Part shown: positions 1 through 10,509 of the stretch, one piece after another
Position numbering within the stretch: the first letter of the stretch is position 1
How the letters are laid out: the number at the start of each line of letters is the position of its first letter
Assembly (NCBI GenBank): GCA_963704305.1
Contig: OY969888.1
Span: forward strand, 1,820,435-1,884,434
Source: an uncultured Bacteroidota bacterium
GTDB lineage: Bacteria; Bacteroidota; Ignavibacteria; Kryptoniales; JAKASW01
Length of the DNA stretch: 64,000 nucleotides
Direction of reading: 5' to 3'
Position numbers and translations under genes: made by a program
The notes under the pieces: generated by a model
Database searches by the model: none
What the model was told of the DNA's origin: nothing
What the model saw: the letters and a program-made list of their open reading frames with translations, nothing else

Positions 1-143
1 AGATGAACTGATTCAAGGAGAGAGGAGGTGAGAGCATCGGGAGTTTGCTCGAGTATTTCGATTGGCGCTCGGACGTAGCGCGATCATCCATCCTTTTGAA
101 ATTCTCATGTGAAAGCTAACCTCAACAAATAAGGAGATTCATC

Positions 144-3107
144 ATGAGGTATTTTTCAAGTGCTTTTCATGTCTTCGTGATTCTTCTTCTCGCGTCCACG
201 ATGGTGTATGCCGGCAACGGTAAGTTAACCGGCAAGGTGGTGGACGCAAAGACCGGCGAGCCCCTCGCGGGAGCAAGCGTGCGTATAGAGAACTCCCAAC
301 TTGGTGCGGCTGCCGATGCGGACGGAATATATATAATTCTGAACGTTCCCGCGGGCAGGTACAACGTCACGGTCACCAGTGTTGGATATACGAAGACAAC
401 GGTGCAAGGTGTCGTGATAAATTCTGACATCACTACTTTTCAAGATTTCAAAGTGGAACCTGCGACAGTCGGGCTTCCCGAGGTCGTTGTCGAAGCGAGA
501 AAAGTAATCAATATCACTCAGACAAGCGGCCGATCCATCATGACCGCAGGGCAGATCTCCGCACTTCCTGTTGCAAACCTGCAAGAAGTGCTGGCGACAT
601 CGCCCAGTATTTTCAACGGCTATGTGCGCGGCGGCAGACGGTTCGAAACCTCGTACGAAGTTGAAGGGATCGATCTGACTGATAGAGCTTACGAGGGTGC
701 TAACGCCGGAAACAGCTTGTTCACCAACTATCTCGGAGTCGACCTGACCTTCAGGCAAAGTGCTAATCTGGTCGACCTCGGAACCGATGCCATGCAAGAA
801 GTGTCGGTCAACTCCGGAGTGTCGAATGCCAAGTACGCTCCGTCCACAGCGGGCGTGGTCGACATCAGCCTGAAACAGGGGACGGGAAAGATTACAGGAC
901 GCGCCCAGGTGAAATACGCATCGAGCTTGACAGCGGCCGGACTGAATGTTTATACCGGTGTCCTTCCGGATGGGACAACTGCCGAGTCGAAGTATCAAGG
1001 AGAGGCAGCAAGCCTGGCGACGACGAACCCTGCCAAAGCAGCCAGGTACACCTGGGCTCCGGGCGAGTACTGGTATGCTAACAAGCCGACCTCAAACGGC
1101 GAATTGAGTCTCAGCGGCGGGATCACGGACAACATCGGCTTCATGGTCGACGCGAAACTGAATAATACTTACGGAGCCTATCCAAACCAGTTCAATCGCT
1201 CGCTTGACGCAACTGCGACTGTCGACTGGTCGATTGATCCCACGCTTAAGCTTACCGGAATTGGTATCCTCTCAGACCAGGGATATTTCCTCGGCTGGCG
1301 AAATAGTATGTACAACGAAGTCTTTAAGTTTTATTTGCAGGGTGTTCCACGATATGCCCTCGGTACGGCTGCTGGAAGCCTGAAGTTAGTGAAAACTTTG
1401 TCAGACCAGACATACTACGAAGTTCAGGCATCATACACGGACAACCCAACTGAAGTCGGGTTCATAACAAGCGGCGGTCAGATCAATCCTACCGGCACGA
1501 TGACCGGGGATTTCATAACATTCGCCGATCCCGCACAGATCAAGCAGTACGTCAGCGATATTGACCTGACGAAGTTCTTCTCGCTAGTGCCGCAGAACGA
1601 AAGTGGCACAGAGGCATCGTTCGGTCCGAGCAGTCCGTATAAACTCTCGAGGCCGGGGCCCTACTTCGAGAATGATGACGTCCAACAGTTCAATATCAAA
1701 GGTGACATCAATAGTCAGTTAGGCAGCCATCACTTACTGACAGGTGGCTTTGATGTCAAGTTGTACAACTATCAATACCTGAGAAGGTTCGCTCCGATCG
1801 GCGTGCTGGAGGTAGAAGATTATACGGTGCATCCAAAACAGTATGGCCTGTTTGCTCAGGACAAAATGGAGTACTCAGGAGTAATCGTGAATGCCGGGCT
1901 GCGTGTCGACGGATGGGACGCTGGTGCGAAAGAGATAGGGAATTTCTTCGCTCCATACACACTCGTCCCCGACAGTGAAGTTCTGGGCGGAGTTAATCCG
2001 AATGGTACTCCTGAGGTCATAAAGTTTAACAGGATGGTGACCAATCGCACCAAGAATATCGCGGTGAAGTGGTTAGTGGAGCCGATGATTGGAATTTCTC
2101 ATCCAATTTCCGATCGTGCCTCGATGTATTACTCGTTCTCAAGAGCAATGCAGCCCCAGCCATTCACGGCGATATACGGCACGTCTTACACTGAATTCCA
2201 TTCGCAGTCTCTGCCAAATGTGACTCTTGCAAGCCAGGATCCGATGGAGTCAACGAATTATGAGATGGGCTTGCAATATGCCGTCTCTGATTTCTTCGGA
2301 ATCAATCTGAGTGCTTATTATCGGATAATAAAGAATTACAACCAGACAGCGTATAATGTTATTCCGCGCAATGGAGTTGCACAGACATACTACATCTACT
2401 TCTATGGCGGTTACGCCGATGCCCGCGGTATCGAGTTGACTCTCAGAAGCGTTTCAGTTCCCGTTTCCGATATCTTGAGAGTCTCGGGTGTTCTGACCTA
2501 CACATATAGTTACGTTCGCGCTCTTGTCGGTGGCCCTGCGCTGCGCGGTCAGGACAATACGACGTTCTCCACTACAGGCGGCGACAGTGCGAAGTACAAT
2601 GGTGGACTTCCGTTCAGCAATTACAACTATTATGCTGGTTACGAACAGCCCATATTGGGATCGAACACATCGAGCTTCGGAGGATATGACAGACCTCATC
2701 GTTTCTCTCTGATACTCAACTTTGATATACCGAGGCCGTTCGCTTCATTACCGGTCGACTTCCGGTTGGGCACTTTCACGACCGCCCAGAGCGGATTCTT
2801 ATATCCCCTCACTCTTGCTGATCCACGATCGAGACAGGTTGGGCAGGCGCCCTGGGATCTTAGGACAGACCTGAGGTTCGAGGCGGATATTTCTGCTGCC
2901 GGCATGAAGATCGCTCCATTCATCGAAGTGTTGAATTTGTTCAACAGACTGAACGTCATGGCATACGACAACAGTTCTGCCGGACAACTATTGTGGGAAC
3001 AGAAAGGCATTCCGACCGGTCTGTATGGCACAACGGTATTCTCCGACGGATCGACTGCCTATGATATAGGTCGTGAGGTATACTTTGGCGTGTCGATCAA
3101 TTTCTGA
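144..3107 (+). CDS. TonB-dependent-receptor-like outer-membrane beta-barrel with N-terminal carboxypeptidase-regulatory-like domain
   Basis: Long ORF with AAGGAG 8 nt upstream of the ATG. Signal peptide MRYFSSAFHVFVILLLASTMVYA. The N-terminus GKLTGKVVDAKTGEPLAGASVRIENS...AGRYNVTVTSVGY is the CarboxypepD_reg-like fold that heads FCB-group TonB-dependent receptors. The protein ends in an aromatic barrel terminus, YFGVSINF. Confidence 0.8.
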   Translation: MRYFSSAFHVFVILLLASTMVYAGNGKLTGKVVDAKTGEPLAGASVRIENSQLGAAADADGIYIILNVPAGRYNVTVTSVGYTKTTVQGVVINSDITTFQDFKVEPATVGLPEVVVEARKVINITQTSGRSIMTAGQISALPVANLQEVLATSPSIFNGYVRGGRRFETSYEVEGIDLTDRAYEGANAGNSLFTNYLGVDLTFRQSANLVDLGTDAMQEVSVNSGVSNAKYAPSTAGVVDISLKQGTGKITGRAQVKYASSLTAAGLNVYTGVLPDGTTAESKYQGEAASLATTNPAKAARYTWAPGEYWYANKPTSNGELSLSGGITDNIGFMVDAKLNNTYGAYPNQFNRSLDATATVDWSIDPTLKLTGIGILSDQGYFLGWRNSMYNEVFKFYLQGVPRYALGTAAGSLKLVKTLSDQTYYEVQASYTDNPTEVGFITSGGQINPTGTMTGDFITFADPAQIKQYVSDIDLTKFFSLVPQNESGTEASFGPSSPYKLSRPGPYFENDDVQQFNIKGDINSQLGSHHLLTGGFDVKLYNYQYLRRFAPIGVLEVEDYTVHPKQYGLFAQDKMEYSGVIVNAGLRVDGWDAGAKEIGNFFAPYTLVPDSEVLGGVNPNGTPEVIKFNRMVTNRTKNIAVKWLVEPMIGISHPISDRASMYYSFSRAMQPQPFTAIYGTSYTEFHSQSLPNVTLASQDPMESTNYEMGLQYAVSDFFGINLSAYYRIIKNYNQTAYNVIPRNGVAQTYYIYFYGGYADARGIELTLRSVSVPVSDILRVSGVLTYTYSYVRALVGGPALRGQDNTTFSTTGGDSAKYNGGLPFSNYNYYAGYEQPILGSNTSSFGGYDRPHRFSLILNFDIPRPFASLPVDFRLGTFTTAQSGFLYPLTLADPRSRQVGQAPWDLRTDLRFEADISAAGMKIAPFIEVLNLFNRLNVMAYDNSSAGQLLWEQKGIPTGLYGTTVFSDGSTAYDIGREVYFGVSINF

Positions 3108-3148
3108 CACTTCATTTTGCAATGAAAACTTATTTAGGAGATAAGAAC

Positions 3149-5632
3149 ATGCGGAAGCTTTTATATGTGATTTTATGCATAAGCTTTACGGCATCCGTTT
3201 CTTATGGACAGGTGAGGATCCAGGATCGGGCCCTTGCCATGAGCATGCGGCCTGCTGTGCCCAATAACATTTTTCCGAATACAGCTTCGATGATAGCAGG
3301 AAATCTTTGGGATTCCTTCATGCCCATTTCCACGGGTGTCTATTACAGCGAGATTGCGAACAATCCTACACACTTGTGGGACTTGGTTCGAGTTGGCAAT
3401 TTTGACAGACAATGGTCAACTCCCACGGTTATGTGGCCGGGCGGTTATCCGTACAGCTACTATTGGAATCAGGACCTGATTTCGGTCGAATACTCTCCTG
3501 GCATCAATCCGACCAAACAGGTGAGTGCCTCGGCAGACTATGCCGCAATGATTTGGACATCTCATGTAGATTCCTTGTGGCAGGCAACGCTCGGATTGCA
3601 TTCTTACGTTATCGGACCCATCTGGGTTAACCCCGATGGTACCCCGGATCAAAATGGTACCAAGAGATACGAACTCTACTATGAAGCCGGCTTTCCAACT
3701 AATCTCGGCATCTGGGTTACCTTCCGTGCGATACAATACACTCAGCCTTGGGATCAGTTCAACGACTTCATAATCTTCGGTGTTACTTTCAAGAACTACG
3801 GCCTTCTCGATGTCGCGGCAGATGGTCATCCAACCTCTACCAACAACAAGATAAACGCTCTGACGTTTGGGTGGTTTTCTGGTGACATGCAGGCCGCTCA
3901 AATCAGCACCGCCGGCTACAGGGGAGCGAACTCCTTTGGCGATGCGAGAATGTCCGGCTTCATTGCGGACAACGATCCAAGTGGTGTTCCGTGGGCTACA
4001 CAAGTCGGTTATGCCGGAGTCAATCCTGTCAATTATCCAAGCTATCCTAACGGGACAGTGCCCGCGGGAAAACATGACATGGGATTGAACGCTTACACCT
4101 ACGGCTTCTACAGCGATGTCTGGTTCGGCAAGACATGGCTCGGAGTAAAAGCGGACTCACTCGGACTTCCCGGCGCTCCTGATGCACAAACAATCTTCGG
4201 CACCGATCCGGTTGGCAAAGGAGCTCAGCATGGATGGTTCATGTCTTCCGGAACAGGCCTCGGTAATCTCGACAACAGGCTTGACGCGTCTGTGATGCAC
4301 ACCGATTTCATGGGTGAGTTTTACCAGGATGGCGGTAAGAGCAACGACGCCAGCAAGCTCAACCTGAATCCTAATCCGAACTTCTTCCAACCCGGCGGGA
4401 CCGCGGGCAATCCTCTGACATTCGTGCCGAAGGCAAGCCCCAGCCAGCCTGACGGTGACAAGAAGAGCACAAACTCTCTCCAGAATATCTGGGAGCCGGG
4501 CTGGACAAAAGGATACTCGATCTCTACCAACTTTGATGGTGACTCTTTCATCGGCACTGGTCCATACGCACTCGATGTTGGACAGTCCATCACAGTGGTA
4601 GGTGCAGAGTATGCTGGGTTCAGAATGCAGGGGATGCTTAATTCGTTGCAGTCCGCACGTTATGCCTGGCAGAATGGTGGTGTTCCGGCGGGCCCTGCTG
4701 CGCCAGACATCCAGACCCTAATCACACCGGGCGATAACAAAGTCCAGGTAGAGTGGACGAAAGTTCCAAATGAGACTTCAGATCCGAACTTCGGTGGCTA
4801 CAAGATCTACCGCGCCAGTGCCTTTCCGACATTTAACTCTACCGTCTTGGGACTTAGAACCATGCAGCATTATACCGATCAAATGCACGCCGGTGACATT
4901 GACGCGTCTTACTTCGATCCTATCAATCCGAACTTTGATGCGACAGGCTCGCTAAAGACAATGCAGGCCGGTTACTGGGGCCCCTGGCGCATTCAGGCGG
5001 TCATTCCCAAGGATTCACTCCAGAAATATGCGCACACTGATGGGAACTATTCATACGCGTTCAAAGACAACGCGCTGGATGTTATCCTGGGCTTCTCATA
5101 CTGGTACTACGTTGCCGCATATGATAACGTGCCCTCAATGACATTCAACGGAGAAACGACGACTCACCTTGAATCCGGCAGAGTCAACGAGAATGGCGCG
5201 TCCGGCATGTGGGTCGGGACATTCCCTTGGGCCACTCAGAACAGCTTCTACCCGAAGGATGTTTCAAATCTGAAAGCCATCGGTGCAACAGTGGTTGTCC
5301 AATCCGCACCCGTCAATCCACAATCGCTCGCGAGCGGCACAGTAAAAATCGGCGTGCGCCCGAACCCATACAAGAAGCAAGCGTTTCAGGACGTCGGCCT
5401 GGAGCACAAGATCATGTTCTACAATCTTCCGAGCACTTGCACGATAACAATTCTGGATGTCTCCGGTCAGATTGTTGACCAGATCAATTACGCTGCTCCG
5501 ACCCCGACCAACGGGACATTCTTCTGGGATATGTTCTCGAAAGACGGCATCGAGGTCGCCAATGGACTGTACATTTATGTGGTGCAGTATAGCGGCGGCC
5601 AGCAGACCGGTTACTTTGCGATCCTAAGGTAA
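3149..5632 (+). CDS. Secreted protein of unknown core function with FN3-like segment and T9SS/FlgD-Ig-like C-terminal sorting domain
   Basis: ORF 3122-5632. Preferred start is ATG 3149, which has AGGAGA upstream and gives the signal peptide MRKLLYVILCISFTASVSYGQ. FN3-like stretch PDIQTLITPGDNKVQVEWTKV..GGYKIYRA. The C-terminal ~80 aa (VRPNPYKK..CTITILDVSGQIV..NGLYIYVVQYSGGQQTGYFAILR) resemble T9SS C-terminal tails. Confidence 0.6.
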   Translation: MRKLLYVILCISFTASVSYGQVRIQDRALAMSMRPAVPNNIFPNTASMIAGNLWDSFMPISTGVYYSEIANNPTHLWDLVRVGNFDRQWSTPTVMWPGGYPYSYYWNQDLISVEYSPGINPTKQVSASADYAAMIWTSHVDSLWQATLGLHSYVIGPIWVNPDGTPDQNGTKRYELYYEAGFPTNLGIWVTFRAIQYTQPWDQFNDFIIFGVTFKNYGLLDVAADGHPTSTNNKINALTFGWFSGDMQAAQISTAGYRGANSFGDARMSGFIADNDPSGVPWATQVGYAGVNPVNYPSYPNGTVPAGKHDMGLNAYTYGFYSDVWFGKTWLGVKADSLGLPGAPDAQTIFGTDPVGKGAQHGWFMSSGTGLGNLDNRLDASVMHTDFMGEFYQDGGKSNDASKLNLNPNPNFFQPGGTAGNPLTFVPKASPSQPDGDKKSTNSLQNIWEPGWTKGYSISTNFDGDSFIGTGPYALDVGQSITVVGAEYAGFRMQGMLNSLQSARYAWQNGGVPAGPAAPDIQTLITPGDNKVQVEWTKVPNETSDPNFGGYKIYRASAFPTFNSTVLGLRTMQHYTDQMHAGDIDASYFDPINPNFDATGSLKTMQAGYWGPWRIQAVIPKDSLQKYAHTDGNYSYAFKDNALDVILGFSYWYYVAAYDNVPSMTFNGETTTHLESGRVNENGASGMWVGTFPWATQNSFYPKDVSNLKAIGATVVVQSAPVNPQSLASGTVKIGVRPNPYKKQAFQDVGLEHKIMFYNLPSTCTITILDVSGQIVDQINYAAPTPTNGTFFWDMFSKDGIEVANGLYIYVVQYSGGQQTGYFAILR

Positions 5633-5655
5633 AGTCAAAGACAGGAGTTCAAACT

Positions 5656-6660
5656 ATGAAAAAGCTAGCAGTAGTAACTCTGATTGCGATGTTGTGTGCC
5701 GGCACGGGGTTCAGTCAGGTCGCGAAGTCCGGCATCAACGCGCTGGCGTTTCTGAAGATCGGAGTGGGTGCGAAACAAATTTCGCTTGGGTCGGCCGCAA
5801 CTACCTTGACCGGAGATCCGAATCAGGTTTTTTGGAATCCGGCAGGAATCGTCGACGAGGAGAGCCAGGTCGCGGCGAGCGTCACCTACGACAAGTGGCT
5901 GCTCGGATTATCACAGTTCGCTGGCGCAGCCACGTATGATGTCAAAGACATCGGGACATTTGGCATCGGGATTACCACGTTCGGCGTTACCGGTATTCCT
6001 GCTGACAGGGACCTGCTCCCGTCGAATCTCGCATACCTCCAGATCGACCAGCAGACTTCGTCGACTTACAATTACATGGATATGGCTATTGCCCTTTCGT
6101 ACGCGAGACATGTGACTGATGTTCTTTCGCTGGGAATCAGCGTCAAGTACCTGAACGAAACGATCGATAATGAATCGGCGAGCGCCTTTGCGATCGACAT
6201 AGGTGCCAATTACCGAATAACGAACTTTTGGGATATCGGCGCGCGTTTGAATAACCTTGGCTCCGATATCAAATATTATGACATCTCTTCTCCGATTCCA
6301 TTGACCTTCTCGGTTGGAACCTCGCTCCACAACGACTTCTCGGACAACGTAGGCGGTGCCGTGTTTGTAGATGTTGTGCAGCCACAGGACCTGTCTCAGT
6401 TGTACTACACGGGACTGGACCTGACTCTGATCAAAGCCGTGGATGTCAGGTTCGGTTATAAGTTCAACTACTCGAATGTCAAGGATGCAGGCACTTCAAC
6501 GAGAGGTCCAATCGATACGAGCATCGAAGGCTTTTCTGCAGGGATTGGCGCGAATGTCAAGCTCGCAGACTACGGTCTCAGATTCGATTATTCGTTCACA
6601 CAAATGCACATGTTGAACGACATACATAGGTTCACATTAAGTTTTAACTGGGGTAAGTAA
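5656..6660 (+). CDS. PorV/PorQ-family outer-membrane beta-barrel protein (T9SS-associated)
   Basis: AGGAG RBS and signal peptide MKKLAVVTLIAMLCAGTGFSQ. N-terminal pattern GINALAFLKIGVGAKQISLGSAATTLTGDPNQVFWNPAGI is typical of PorV/PorQ family proteins. It lies immediately downstream of the TonB-like receptor and the T9SS-tailed protein. Confidence 0.65.
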   Translation: MKKLAVVTLIAMLCAGTGFSQVAKSGINALAFLKIGVGAKQISLGSAATTLTGDPNQVFWNPAGIVDEESQVAASVTYDKWLLGLSQFAGAATYDVKDIGTFGIGITTFGVTGIPADRDLLPSNLAYLQIDQQTSSTYNYMDMAIALSYARHVTDVLSLGISVKYLNETIDNESASAFAIDIGANYRITNFWDIGARLNNLGSDIKYYDISSPIPLTFSVGTSLHNDFSDNVGGAVFVDVVQPQDLSQLYYTGLDLTLIKAVDVRFGYKFNYSNVKDAGTSTRGPIDTSIEGFSAGIGANVKLADYGLRFDYSFTQMHMLNDIHRFTLSFNWGK

Positions 6661-6671
6661 ACAGCCAGCGA

Positions 6672-6701
6672 GAGTCCCGCGCGTCTTGAACGGCGGGACT
6701 C
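6672..6701 (+). terminator. Stem-loop after the porV-like gene (GAGTCCCGC-N12-GCGGGACTC), possible terminator / REP-like hairpin
   Basis: Perfect 9-bp GC-rich stem starting 12 nt after the stop codon. There is no clear T-tract. The stem sequence belongs to the same (A)GTCCCG...CGGGAC(T) family seen near tRNA-Asp. Confidence 0.45.
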
Positions 6702-7020
6702 TCAACTCCTCGGGCCTCTTCTTCCGAGATTACAGGTTGCAAATCGACAATCGCAAGAGGAGGAGGCCCGCCCCGAATGTGTATCCGCTGCTCAGGGTGA
6801 ACTGGTGCGTGCAGGTTACTCTCTGATTGAGTCATTTCTCTTCCCGCCTTTGAGCACCTCTTTTTCAGTACGACACAGCTGCTCGGATAACGATCATCTG
6901 GTGTTAAGGAGAGAGATGATCCTGGAAAGAGTTTTTTGAAAGGGGTTTCGATACGGTTAAAGAATTTCCGTCGTTTCTCACCCGCTTCAGCGTAACACAT
7001 CAAAAAGAGATTCACATTTC

Positions 7021-9372
7021 ATGATTCTTAGAAAGGTCTGGAAGATGCAAAGAAGCATTCCGAAATCCGGTTGTCTACTGATGCTGTCTATGTTTTTGTT
7101 GCTGGCGGTCAATGCGGCAAAAGCTTCAACAGTTCGAGAAGCTCTTAAGAACACGAAGTTCGTGGTCTGTGCCGCCAAATGTGCCGAGGTTGACCTGACA
7201 GTCGCCGAGGAGCTTCTGCAGGAATTTGCGCCGCAGGCAAGGCTTGTCAGATACGTCAAAGGGACGGCTCTTCCGTCGGAAGGCGTCTTTCGAATTTCGA
7301 TCGATGGTGAGTTCGCCAGCGCTGCGTCGGCGAGCAGCGAGGGCCCGTCCGGTGATTGGATGTTCTTCAAGCTTGACCATGATGGAACAGGTGAGCTTGC
7401 GGCATCGGAATCACATTTTCTCTACGCGATGTACTGCCGTGTGCGGGATTGGGCGGACAGCAGCGTCGACGGGTTTGATGGCGGCAGGCTCATCACGCCT
7501 GCATTCACTTGGCTGAGAGACTACAGTGACTTCCTGGTCGGGACGCGTCGCTACGCTCGCGGCTTTGATCCCGCAGCTTACGTCAGGCAAGTCGCCAGCG
7601 AGGGCTTCACGCATATCGTAGTGAACGGACTCGGAGTGCCTCATCCATTTGAACAGGGACCTCCCGGAGACAAATATTCAGAGTTCTATGATTATACTCC
7701 TGACCTCGATCAATTCGTGACGAGCAAGCTGATGAAAGGTTATTACCCGTCGTATTACCTTGAGGCCAATTTGAATTTTCTTAAACGTAATGTTCGCCTC
7801 GCTGAAAAGTACGGGTTAAGCCCCGGCCTCGAGATATGTTCACCTCGAACTATACCTGATGATTTTTGGAATAAGTATGGTTTTCTTCGCGGCGCTCGCG
7901 TTGACCATCCGAGAGAAAGCTATCGCCCGAGGTACACACTTACAATTGCGCATCCCGCGGTTCAGCAACACTATCGCGAGCTCGTCGACAAAATGATGAA
8001 GGCCGTGCCCGACCTCAGCTTCATTGAGATTTGGTCGAACGACAGCGGCTCGGGATTTGAATTTGCCAACAGGTTGTACGCGGGGCGAAATGGCGGGCCG
8101 TATCTTGTCCGAGAATGGAAGGACGATGATTATGTTGCACAGGAGTTCGCTCAGAATGTTCTTACCTACTATCACCTGATCTTTGACGAGGCGAGAAAGT
8201 TCAATCCGAACTTCCGCCTGATAGTTGATCTCGGTTCGTTCACGCCGCTTGAGTTGAAGTACATTGTTCCCGGACTTGGAAAAGGGATCGATGTCGGCGA
8301 CTGGTCGGGACAATCCAAAGATCAAGTTGCATTCAACGAGAGAATGCAGAAAGTTTGGGAGAAGTACGGTGCGCAAACCCAGATGACCATCAATGCAGCG
8401 AACAACAATTCTATCGGCGCTGTATTTCCCGGTTTCCTTTATTCGCAATTGGAGCAAGCATATAAAGGCCACTACAATTATGTTTTGTCGGAGACATCGC
8501 CCAATTCGCTCGCTCCGTATGATGTTAACGGTGAAGTGATTCGCGAGTTCCAGGTCAACCCTGACGTGTCTCTCCATGATATCCTTGACGATGTTGCAGG
8601 CAAGTGGGTGGGAGAGAAGTATGCGGCACGGCTCATCAGCATCTGGAGGGTTGCGGACTCTGCCGTCGCCGGTTTCCCGGATGGAGTTCCGTATGCAACT
8701 TTCGGTTTTCCGTGGTACAAACTCTCCACACGGCCTTTTGTCCCCAACATTGAAGCGATCCCTGACAGCGAGCGCGCCTATTATGAGAAGTTCATGCTTA
8801 CCACTTTCAACAATCCAACTCGGGTCGACATGAACAACGACATGCTGTGGAATTTCCTCACCGTTCAGCAAGCTGCCGAGAAGAAAGATGTATTCGACCA
8901 GAAAGTGGTTCCGCCGATCGATCGGGCCATTGAACTTACGAAAGCCGAGCTCGCTTCTTCATCTAAAGACAGCGGCGTAGCTCGGGTGTTCAGCGATCTT
9001 CTTGTAAGATTGAGAACATATAAGAATTATGCACTTACACTTCGCGATGTCGTGGCCTGGATTGAAGGAGTCCACGGTTATCTCGAAGCAAAGACACCTG
9101 TGGAGAAAGGACATTATGCTGCCAAAGTCAAAGCCGTGGTTGAGAAGGAAATTCAGAACACGGAAGACCTTCTCGACTTGTGGGAAAACAGCAAACCTGA
9201 ATTCATGGCAGTGTCGACTATTGGTGAGAACCTACATGTTTACGGCAGCAACTTTGGCGAGCTGTTGAAGAAGAAACTCGAGCTGATGAAGAAACATAAA
9301 GACGATATTCCATATATTGATCCTGATTTCATGTGGCATATGCCTAAACATTATCCGCCAGTTCTGGAGTAA
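7021..9372 (+). CDS. Secreted conserved hypothetical protein, possibly a TIM-barrel glycoside-hydrolase-like enzyme
   Basis: 783-aa uninterrupted ORF with a hydrophobic N-terminal signal (SGCLLMLSMFLLLAVNAAKA). An alternative start is ATG 7045. I recognise no diagnostic motif, so the function is guessed only from the carbohydrate-cluster context. Confidence 0.4.
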   Translation: MILRKVWKMQRSIPKSGCLLMLSMFLLLAVNAAKASTVREALKNTKFVVCAAKCAEVDLTVAEELLQEFAPQARLVRYVKGTALPSEGVFRISIDGEFASAASASSEGPSGDWMFFKLDHDGTGELAASESHFLYAMYCRVRDWADSSVDGFDGGRLITPAFTWLRDYSDFLVGTRRYARGFDPAAYVRQVASEGFTHIVVNGLGVPHPFEQGPPGDKYSEFYDYTPDLDQFVTSKLMKGYYPSYYLEANLNFLKRNVRLAEKYGLSPGLEICSPRTIPDDFWNKYGFLRGARVDHPRESYRPRYTLTIAHPAVQQHYRELVDKMMKAVPDLSFIEIWSNDSGSGFEFANRLYAGRNGGPYLVREWKDDDYVAQEFAQNVLTYYHLIFDEARKFNPNFRLIVDLGSFTPLELKYIVPGLGKGIDVGDWSGQSKDQVAFNERMQKVWEKYGAQTQMTINAANNNSIGAVFPGFLYSQLEQAYKGHYNYVLSETSPNSLAPYDVNGEVIREFQVNPDVSLHDILDDVAGKWVGEKYAARLISIWRVADSAVAGFPDGVPYATFGFPWYKLSTRPFVPNIEAIPDSERAYYEKFMLTTFNNPTRVDMNNDMLWNFLTVQQAAEKKDVFDQKVVPPIDRAIELTKAELASSSKDSGVARVFSDLLVRLRTYKNYALTLRDVVAWIEGVHGYLEAKTPVEKGHYAAKVKAVVEKEIQNTEDLLDLWENSKPEFMAVSTIGENLHVYGSNFGELLKKKLELMKKHKDDIPYIDPDFMWHMPKHYPPVLE

Positions 9373-9448
9373 TCGCTTCGGACAGATCAAATTTAAGAGT
9401 ACCGCAAAAAAATCAGCAATCACACTTAACATTAGGAGGCAAAACTTT

Positions 9449-10470
9449 ATGCCTGAGTTTCCTTTGTTACCGACCACTCTTGTAGGAAGTTATTCATTTC
9501 CATCCTGGCTCGAAATGGCCAGAGAATCCGCGAAGCAAGGTAAACTGACCGACTCGGAACTCGAAGAGGCACATGACAACGGTGTTAAATCTTGCATAAA
9601 GGATCAGGAGATCGCAGGACTGGATGTCATCACTGACGGCGAACTGAGACGCGAGACGATGGTGTACTTCTTCTCCAAGAGGATTCACGGGTTTGACAAT
9701 AACGGGAGAATGAAGGCGATCGGCAATCTCGACCCGAGCATACAGATGCCGGATCCGGTGATCGTGGATAAGATCCGGCGTGCCGGGAGTATCGGGATGG
9801 CGAATCATTTTTCATTTCTCAAGAAATATGCGTCAGCGTATCCGAAGGTGACCATTACCGGTCCGCAGATGCTGGCAAAGCGTGCAACGAATGAATACTA
9901 CAAGGACGAAAAGGAATTGGTATTTGATCTGGCAGCTGTCCTCAATGCGGAGCTCAAGGAAGTGGTAGATGCCGGTTGCGATTTTGTCCAGGTTGATGAA
10001 CCTGTCTGGGTCGGATATCCGGAGGATATGCCATGGCTTGTCGAAGCCTTCAATCGTATGGTCGACGGGATCAAGGCGAAGATAGTGCTTCACGTTTGCT
10101 ATGGGAACTACCAGTTGAGAAAACTTTTCACGGGAACGTATGCGGATCTTTTCCCGAGATCTTGAAGGTGAACGCATCGCAGCTCAGTTTGGAATTTGCA
10201 GTCAATGACATGGAGCCGCTTGAACTGTTCAAGAATTACAAGATCGATCTGGAAACTGCTGTCGGCGTGATCGACGTGAAAGATGAGAAGATTGAAACGC
10301 CTGAGGTTGTTGCCGATCGAATCAGACGCGCGCTCAAGGTCATACCGAAAGAAAAAGTCTGGATCACTACCGATTGCGGTATGAAATTCATGCCGCGGGA
10401 TAGGGCTTTCAAAAAGTTGAAGGCGATGGTGGATGGCACTAAGATAGTTCGCGGGGAGCTTGGAGCCTGA
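9449..10470 (+). pseudogene. Cobalamin-independent methionine synthase (MetE C-terminal / URO-D-like) family gene interrupted by a frame change
   Basis: ATG 9449 is preceded by AGGAGG. PTTLVGSYSFPSWL..ITDGELRRE..VQVDEP..LHVCYGNY reads in frame 2 up to a TGA at 10163-10165. The family continues in the -1 frame (FPEILKVNASQLSLEF..VGVIDVKDEKIETPEVVADRIRRAL..VWITTDCGMKF) to 10470. The switch point is at CTTTTCCCGAG (10148-10158). Confidence 0.75.
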
Positions 10471-10509
10471 GCCATTATCTTGACCCGACGCAGTGACTGA
10501 ACGATTACA

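Noticed and set aside
225-998. Long antisense ORFs opposite well-supported genes. Examples: 225-998, 3416-4075, 7840-8871, 10108-10626, 20915-21646, 31052-31900, 33823-34413, 36033-36626, 39693-40337, 41106-41639.
   Set aside because: Each lies fully inside a + strand gene that has clear family motifs. Their translations are low-complexity and Arg/Ser/Pro-rich, they have no RBS and they match no motif I recognise. They are typical shadow ORFs of GC-balanced coding DNA.
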